Shown here: positions 56,719 to 64,000 of the stretch, piece by piece
How the letters are laid out: each line of letters opens with the position of its first letter
How positions within the stretch are numbered: the stretch's first letter is position 1
Assembly: GCA_000320545.1 (NCBI GenBank)
Contig: ADNK01000423.1
Location: forward strand, 83,431-147,430
DNA from: Bigelowiella natans CCMP2755
Taxonomy: Eukaryota; Protista; Cercozoa
Direction of reading: 5' to 3'
Length of the DNA stretch: 64,000 nucleotides
Translations under genes and position numbers: made by a program
The notes under the pieces: model-generated
What the model was told of the DNA's origin: nothing
The model's database searches: none
Seen by the model: only the letters and a program-made list of their open reading frames with translations

Positions 56719-57131
56719 TGTGTATAGGAGGAAGATACATATATTTATTATTATTATTATTAATATGCTTTACTTCGTAGTAGGAAGGAGCGCATTCAAA
56801 TAATTGACAACACAAAAGATATTAATAAACAAAACAGAAAATTGACATGCCGCGCACATACATACATGATGCACACATTCAAGATCCTACATATGCCCAA
56901 ACATTGTGCAGCAGCAGCAATATGATGATGCTGATCGCAAGATCTCTCTCTTAGTTCGGGTCATCATCATCATCATCATCATCACTATCGTCATCGTCCT
57001 CGTCATTATCATGTGATTATAGGTGTCGTTGTATACCAAGGAAGGAAAGTTTCTTATGGTACTTGCAAAACTGGCTGATTGGTAACAATGATAGTGACAA
57101 TAACAATAATAAGATACAAGAATGAATGCTG

Positions 57132-57176
<45 letters not shown>

Positions 57177-58564
57177 TATATTGCATCATATAATACTTTT
57201 GTACGAAAAACACCATGGAAATGGATGACGAAGTTGAACAACCAAAAAATTTGATGGGTGCTGGATTTTGGAAAGACTAAGACATCAATATTGTTCTTTC
57301 TCTCTCTTCCTATAATTCATCATACATAGTTAATGTCTGCTGCTTTATTATTACCTCTATTACTACTACTACTGCTACAATTACAAGAACAATGACGTCG
57401 TGATTGTGTTTAAATACTAATAACTCAGGGTTTGGACAGTGCAAGCACGTCCCTCCACGAGACAGGTTATTGCGTCCTCCTCTAGCGTTTAAGAAGAAGG
57501 AAAAGACAAATACTGTATATCCGATTTATTGATTGATTGATTGGAGATGTATGCGTCGTCGTCATAGTCGTAGTCTGTAGTCTTTATGGGTGTTTGTTGT
57601 TTACTTACGTCCTTGTGTATTTGTTGTGTATTATTATTGTCTTTATTATCTATCCTCATTGGTTCAGCTTGCCATCGGCTGCAATGATGGGACTCTTGTA
57701 GCCTGTGATACATTGTTTAACACTGTTCACGGATTATATCAGGTTGCTATTTTCTATGTATGATATACTCCGTGGGAAGATTATTTGCCTTCTTATCGTT
57801 TATATTTATATGTATAGGATCGTTATGCCCATAGGGATACAATGAGTGATGTCATCGTCCAACATCTAATCACGGATCAGAAGGTAGTAGTAGTAGTAGT
57901 AGTGGTAGTAGTAGTACATGGTGCTAATTACTTCTGCTACACAATTATAGAATAAGATCAATGTTTTCTATAAAGTTGTGTTGTTGGTTTTGTAAATTAG
58001 TGATGAAGGACAGATGATGAGAGGAGTATTTGTGTTATCTCCTACCATGCGAAAGAAGCATAGTGCTTTCCATAGGAATAATGTTGTTCCTTGTTGGTTA
58101 TTTCTCTTCTTCTCTCAGGTTAGAATCAAGACAAGGGATTATGTCAAGAAGATTGCAGTCTATCGAGGGTGAGGACAATCAATCAAAATATGCTCTCTTC
58201 TCTAATCTTGTTACGTGCAAAAATACTAATTGGTGATGATGATGCAAATGAACGAACAACAGTCGGTTGGCCATCCAGCTTCCAAAGAGCGTGCTTATCT
58301 ATGAAGAATCAACTCAAGTCATAAACCTCTCGCATAATAATAATAATTATAATATAATCATAATAATCATAATAATTCATACTGCTATTATGAAAATGAT
58401 GATGATGATGATGGCAGCATATACATATTGACAGCAATTTGGTTTTGTATCATTACCAAACTAACGACTTAAACGACAACGACGGCAAAGATCCAACATT
58501 GACCAAAACAACCCTAGAAACCTAGCACCCATACTGTTTCTTCTTGTTTACTATGTGCGCGCGC

Positions 58565-58601
<37 letters not shown>

Positions 58602-59037
58602 ATCACAGGATTCACAGTACGATATGTCTTACTCTCTCGTCCAAAAAGTACGTGAAATAAGCTACGATGACTAGAATTGTCGATTGATCATTTTCAGTAG
58701 TAGCAGCAGCAGCAACAACAACGACAACAACAACAACAACAACAACAGTGTATGGTCATCGGGGTTGTTCTTTCTATCTTTTTATCATGTTATCATGAGT
58801 GTCGGGGTTGGTGTTACGAATTCGTAGCAGTAGTAGTAGTAGAGAAGTTGTTGTTGTTCTTGTTGTTTTGGTATGTCTAGTTATCTGCTGCTATAGTCGA
58901 TCAGCCTGATATTAGTTTCACGTTGGATTATATATTGTATCATTAATTGTTACTTTATGACATTACTCTTCATCTCTCATTTGTACTACCTGATGGCTGA
59001 CTGCCATATTATTACATTTTATATGTATAAATATATA

Positions 59038-59088
<51 letters not shown>

Positions 59089-59457
59089 CAAACATACACA
59101 CATTCTTCATTAAACAGGAGAAACGCCTGCAATTATATGATTTTCACGGAGATAAGGTCATGGTGGTGGTGGTGGTGGTGGTAATGGTGGTTATCCAACA
59201 GGAAGAGGAGGAATATTATTCATTCACTCGATTTTCCCCAGTTTATCATCCTAACACGATAATACTGATGGTTAATAGAATGTTTCATTTCAATTGATTA
59301 TGGTGGATATGATCCTAATGTAGAAAAACATATATTATTTCTTCTTGTTGTTATTTAATGGGTACTACCACTACTTATGAATACAAAGATCCGCGAATGG
59401 GTGTTAGAGGCCACAATTCGATATATTAGAGCTGTGGGTGGTCCTTCAGGAAGAGAG

Positions 59458-59488
<31 letters not shown>

Positions 59489-59984
59489 TACACCTAAAGT
59501 AGTATGTATATCTTTGTGTGGATGCGTGTGTGGATGCGTGAGGGAAAGGGAGAAAGTGTTTGTGTTACAGCAAATACTAATCGGACTCTATTCTATTCTA
59601 TTCTACGAATAATTTACTATTAGGCTATACTGATAGGCCTTCGTAGTGGAGATGTATATAAGATCTTCATCGATAATCACTTTCCAATTTTGGTTCGTCA
59701 TTGTAAAACAAAGAAAGCAGAAGAAGAAGATGATGGTGATGGTGATGGTGAACATGATGATCACAACAACTAATATGGTGAATAATGTTATTGTGTGGTG
59801 TTTGGAGAGTAAGTACACACACACACACACACATTAGAGATTACGTAGTACGGCTTGTGCCCATTGTTGGGTTTTTGTATTTTTCTTCTTCTTCTTTTAA
59901 GGTTGTAAATCATCCTCATCCAATCCGTTGTTTGGATTTGAGTTGTTCACGGTACTACTAATAGCAGTAGTAGTAGTACTAGTA

Positions 59985-60022
<38 letters not shown>

Positions 60023-60148
60023 ATGCTGTGTACATTATATATTCGTGGGTGAGATGGTAATGCTGATGGCGACGACGATGATGATGATGATGATGATGAG
60101 AGTAGTTTTACACACACACACACACACACACACATATCAATATATATA

Positions 60149-60180
<32 letters not shown>

Positions 60181-60477
60181 AACAGCACTGATTTTATTTA
60201 AAGAATTTCCTTTTTGTACGACAACGCGTATATATCGTCATCATGATCCATTGTTGATTATAGGAATAAATTGGCACTTGTGGATGAAAAGTCCCGCGTA
60301 TATGTTTACGATATGAAGACGAAAGAGGTGATGATGAGAGAGTAGTAGTAGCGGAAATAGTAGTAGTAATAGTAGCAGTAGTAGTAGTAGCTATTGTATG
60401 TTTACTACGATATGAAAAAAGAAATAGGTGGTGATAATAGAGTAGTACCTACTTACCTACCTACCTACCTACCTAAC

Positions 60478-60511
<34 letters not shown>

Positions 60512-60563
60512 AATGACGGCGACGACGATGATGCGACAGACAGGCACAATGTACAATATTATA

Positions 60564-60599
<36 letters not shown>

Positions 60600-60972
60600 A
60601 TATGTATGTATATTTATATTTGATCACCCCCACAAAACAGGTTTTGTTTGAAGACGCTAATGCAAACAGTGTAGCATGGAATACGGATATGGATGAAATG
60701 CTTTGTTACTCGGGTAGGAGGAGGCTTGTTTTTTTATGATGATGATGATGATGATAATCATCTGCAATTGGACCAAAGTTAGTAGGGATAAAGCAAAATA
60801 ATTCCGTCATGATCATTTATATTATTATTTATGTCGTTTGATAAGGAAATGGGTGCCTAAGCATTAAGACAGGCAATTTTCCAGTGCATCATCAGCCATT
60901 ACAGGGTAAGTAATATTGCTGTTGTTGTTGTTGTTATTATTCTTTGTAAAAGTGATGCCTGGTAGATAAGTG

Positions 60973-61006
<34 letters not shown>

Positions 61007-61099
61007 GGTTTCGTTGTGGGGTTCTCTGGTTCTAAGATATTTTGTTTATACTCTCTGGAGATGCAAACAATTGATGTTCCCCAGTCTCCAAGGTACTTG

Positions 61100-61135
<36 letters not shown>

Positions 61136-62058
61136 TGTGAACATGGAATAGAACAAGAAAAAGCAACAACAACTACGATCTTAAAATGACTACTGCAAAA
61201 CTTTTACCATTCTCCTTCTTCTTCCAATGTCCTTAACTAGTTATATGCAACCTGCATTGACGCCTTAATCATAACAATAACAAGTACTTTGTTCTTCTCC
61301 TTGTATTATTATCATCATCTTCTTCTTTTATGAGCAGCTTGTATCAATACTTAAACCTTGGAGAATTTGAAAAAGCTTATAAAGTTGCATGTTTGGGAGT
61401 CACTGAAGGAGACTGGCGAGATCTAGCGGTGTGTGAGTGTGTGTGTTGTTTTTGATCTGTTAGTATTGCATTACATTGTATAATCATCGGCATGTGTAGT
61501 AATCAATGAATAGTAAGATGGTAAAACTAAGAAAAGGAGGAAGAAAAACAAAAATTTAAAAAAAAAAAATAATAATAATAATAATAGATCAGAGATGGGT
61601 AGTTGAAGTAGCGTATTATTATGTGTGTAGTGTTGTGTTATGTGTAATTGTTGTTGATGATGATGATGTTTACGTCGTCGTCTTCCAACATATGCTACTA
61701 TTACTACTACTACTACAGATCACTGCCTTAACAAGACTTCGGTTAGATATCTCCAGGAAGGTAGTAATGATATTATTACTGCTGCTGAAACATCATCATC
61801 GTCGTCGTCGTCGTCATCAACAGCTTTTATCACTCCCCAGGATGATAATAACCATTCTTCTTCTTGTGGTGGTGGTGGTGGTGGCGTTATGGTTTGGTAG
61901 GCATTCATCCGTATTCGTGATGTAGGTTACATTGAGCTTCTCGAGAGGTACTAGTAGTAGTAGTAGCAGTAAATGGCGTGACCATTGATCGATAAGTAGA
62001 AGTAGAAGTAATCACCATAAAATAATAATTTACTAATTATCTATACATCAGAATGAAT

Positions 62059-62090
<32 letters not shown>

Positions 62091-62181
62091 GCCTTTTTGT
62101 GAATATAGAATTGAGCTCTCAAAGCAAGATCCAGAATGCAATGAGAATATCATAAAGGCCGATATTTTAGCTTTTCAGGTT

Positions 62182-62222
<41 letters not shown>

Positions 62223-63854
62223 AAAAACCTATGAGAGAAGTAGTAGCTAACCCTAATTGAAGTCATCGTATAATGAGAAATTCTTCAATTTCGTATTATT
62301 GACTAAGTAGTATGCGGTGATGATCGTCCTTCATCATCATCATCATCATCATTCTCCTTCTTCTTCTTCTTTCTTCTATCTGTTAGGGTAAATATAATGA
62401 GGCAGCTAAAGTCTACAACCGTGCAAGTAGTACTACTAGTAGTCGTAATAGTAGTAGTAGTAGTAGTAGTAGTAGTAGCTGATATTGTCAAGGATGAGAA
62501 CAAGTACTATGACCATCATTCATTATAATCTTCATCATCATCAGATCAAGCACGCAAAGCGGTAGAGATGTATCTTGATCTTCGTGATTGGAAGGTAACC
62601 ACCAAACTAGAACATCCTTAATTACTAGTTGATAGTTATTGATTATAATGATGACACATGTGTGCAGGCAGCACAGGAGATTGTAGAGTCTCTACAGGAT
62701 GGCAAGGAACAAAAGTAGTCTAGTACCACTACCAGTACTAGTAGTAATATACTTCTAAGTAGTATAGCTTTCGTATCATAATCTAGACTACTATCCGTCT
62801 CTTTCCGACTCACTACCATAATTGAGTACAGATATCTTGATAGTAGCCTTAGATCATACACATACACACATAATAACAACAAACAACTTAGGTACAATGG
62901 AATGAGTATGACCGATTTACTCAAACGTCAGGTTGGTACTAATAGTACTGTGTGATACTCATCTTACTGTTACTACTAGTAGTAGTAGTAGTAGTAGTAG
63001 CAGCACAAATGATGGATGATGCCTCTCAGGATAACTACTACTTTATAATTATACCCAGTAGTATTTATTTGTTAACTAGTATTATTTTTATTATTTTCTC
63101 CTCACTCACCCCTCCTAAAGCACGGAGCGGTTATTTAGTCAGTAGCTCATTTACAACAACTTAATTTTATTTTCATAGTAGCAAGCAGTACTTTACTAGC
63201 GAAATCAAATGCTTAATATGAGGAGAGAAAGACGGGGGGGAGGGACAAGTTCTTTTTGACATTTGTTCGCGACTACTTAATTCTTGCGGTGTTGTTTAAA
63301 ATGATGATGATTGTTATTGTTACTACTATTACAACTACAGGCAGAGTGGTTGGTGGATGTTAATGATTATAAAGCAGCAGCCGATATGTATTGGGTACTA
63401 CTACTACTACTAATACTACTAGTGTTACCTGCAGATGATGATGATGATGTATTACCCTGTGGGTTGGTTCTTCAACTATGCTGGTTGTTAGCAGCTTGTA
63501 TCATTAGCCATTAATATGGAGCGTAAGGAGGAGAGTGTGTATGTATGTATGTATGTATGTATGTATGTGTATGTGTAAGTGTGTGTGTATGCGAATGTAT
63601 CATCTACTAATTTACATGATGAGTAGTCTTCTTCACCAAATAATCCATTTTGTTGTTTAAAACAACTACAACCTCCCTCCCTCTCTATATGTGTAATCTA
63701 GATCACTCAATAATTTTATATTCAATAATAGTAATAATTAATTAATTAATCAATGAATTAATAGGGTGCTCGAGAATACGAAACTGCTATTTCAATACTT
63801 GGTGAAAATAAGGTCCCTCCTCTACTACTACTACTACTACTACTACTATATTTG

Positions 63855-63906
<52 letters not shown>

Positions 63907-64000
63907 CCTATTATCTGTTTGCTATACGTGTGGGTGTGTGTGGGTGTGGGTGTGTGTGTGTGTGTGTGTGTATGTGTATAGTAAGTAGTCCCACTCGCAG
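53779..64000 (+). CDS. IFT122: Intraflagellar transport protein 122 (IFT-A core), 5' part; continues beyond the window
   Basis: [135 protein letters not shown]. Confidence 0.96.
54102..54288. repeat. Three copies of a ~39-bp unit separated by (AGT)n tracts in an IFT122 intron
   Basis: ttagagctttttagaccttttcgatatctgttgacgctt occurs three times. Confidence 0.9.

Noticed and set aside
58650-59118. Possibly missing IFT122 exon (the ECNLLVV...HIILCQ-equivalent segment)
   Set aside because: I could not place it by eye. Divergent micro-exons or an assembly collapse at the (TA)n tract are more likely than pseudogenisation, and RNA-seq is needed.
59570-59640. Apparent non-canonical GA donor in IFT122 (QILIG)
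   Set aside because: A canonical acceptor at ~59623 gives AILIGLRSG without it.

Overview
Eukaryotic nuclear DNA, AT-rich, with many short GT-AG introns that are often filled with microsatellites. The bipartite-looking leader on one gene would fit a secondary-plastid protist such as a chlorarachniophyte, but that is inference only. Hand-splicing gives 11 protein-coding genes: eRF3 (+), ARP6 (-), SmD1 (+), a PhyH-type 2OG-Fe(II) dioxygenase (-), a TTC23-like TPR protein (+), an unknown micro-exon membrane protein (-), an ApaH/Ppn2-like metallophosphoesterase (-), an ELO elongase with a QxxHH box (+), eIF2-gamma (-), a ~3126-aa receptor-like protein (-) and IFT122 (+, runs off the window). Three things stand out. 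(1) The receptor-like gene joins a signal peptide, a polycystin-1-type GAIN/GPS motif, ~5 TM helices, 2 PDZ domains and 5 intact FHA domains, and sits head-to-head with IFT122. (2) Islands next to gene 3' ends carry an unusual mutational signature: TpA nearly eliminated except within CTAG, strong enrichment of palindromic tetramers, and palindrome-creating micro-insertions between repeat copies. (3) Several introns have reverse-complementary microsatellites near their two ends. All exon coordinates and counts were made by eye.
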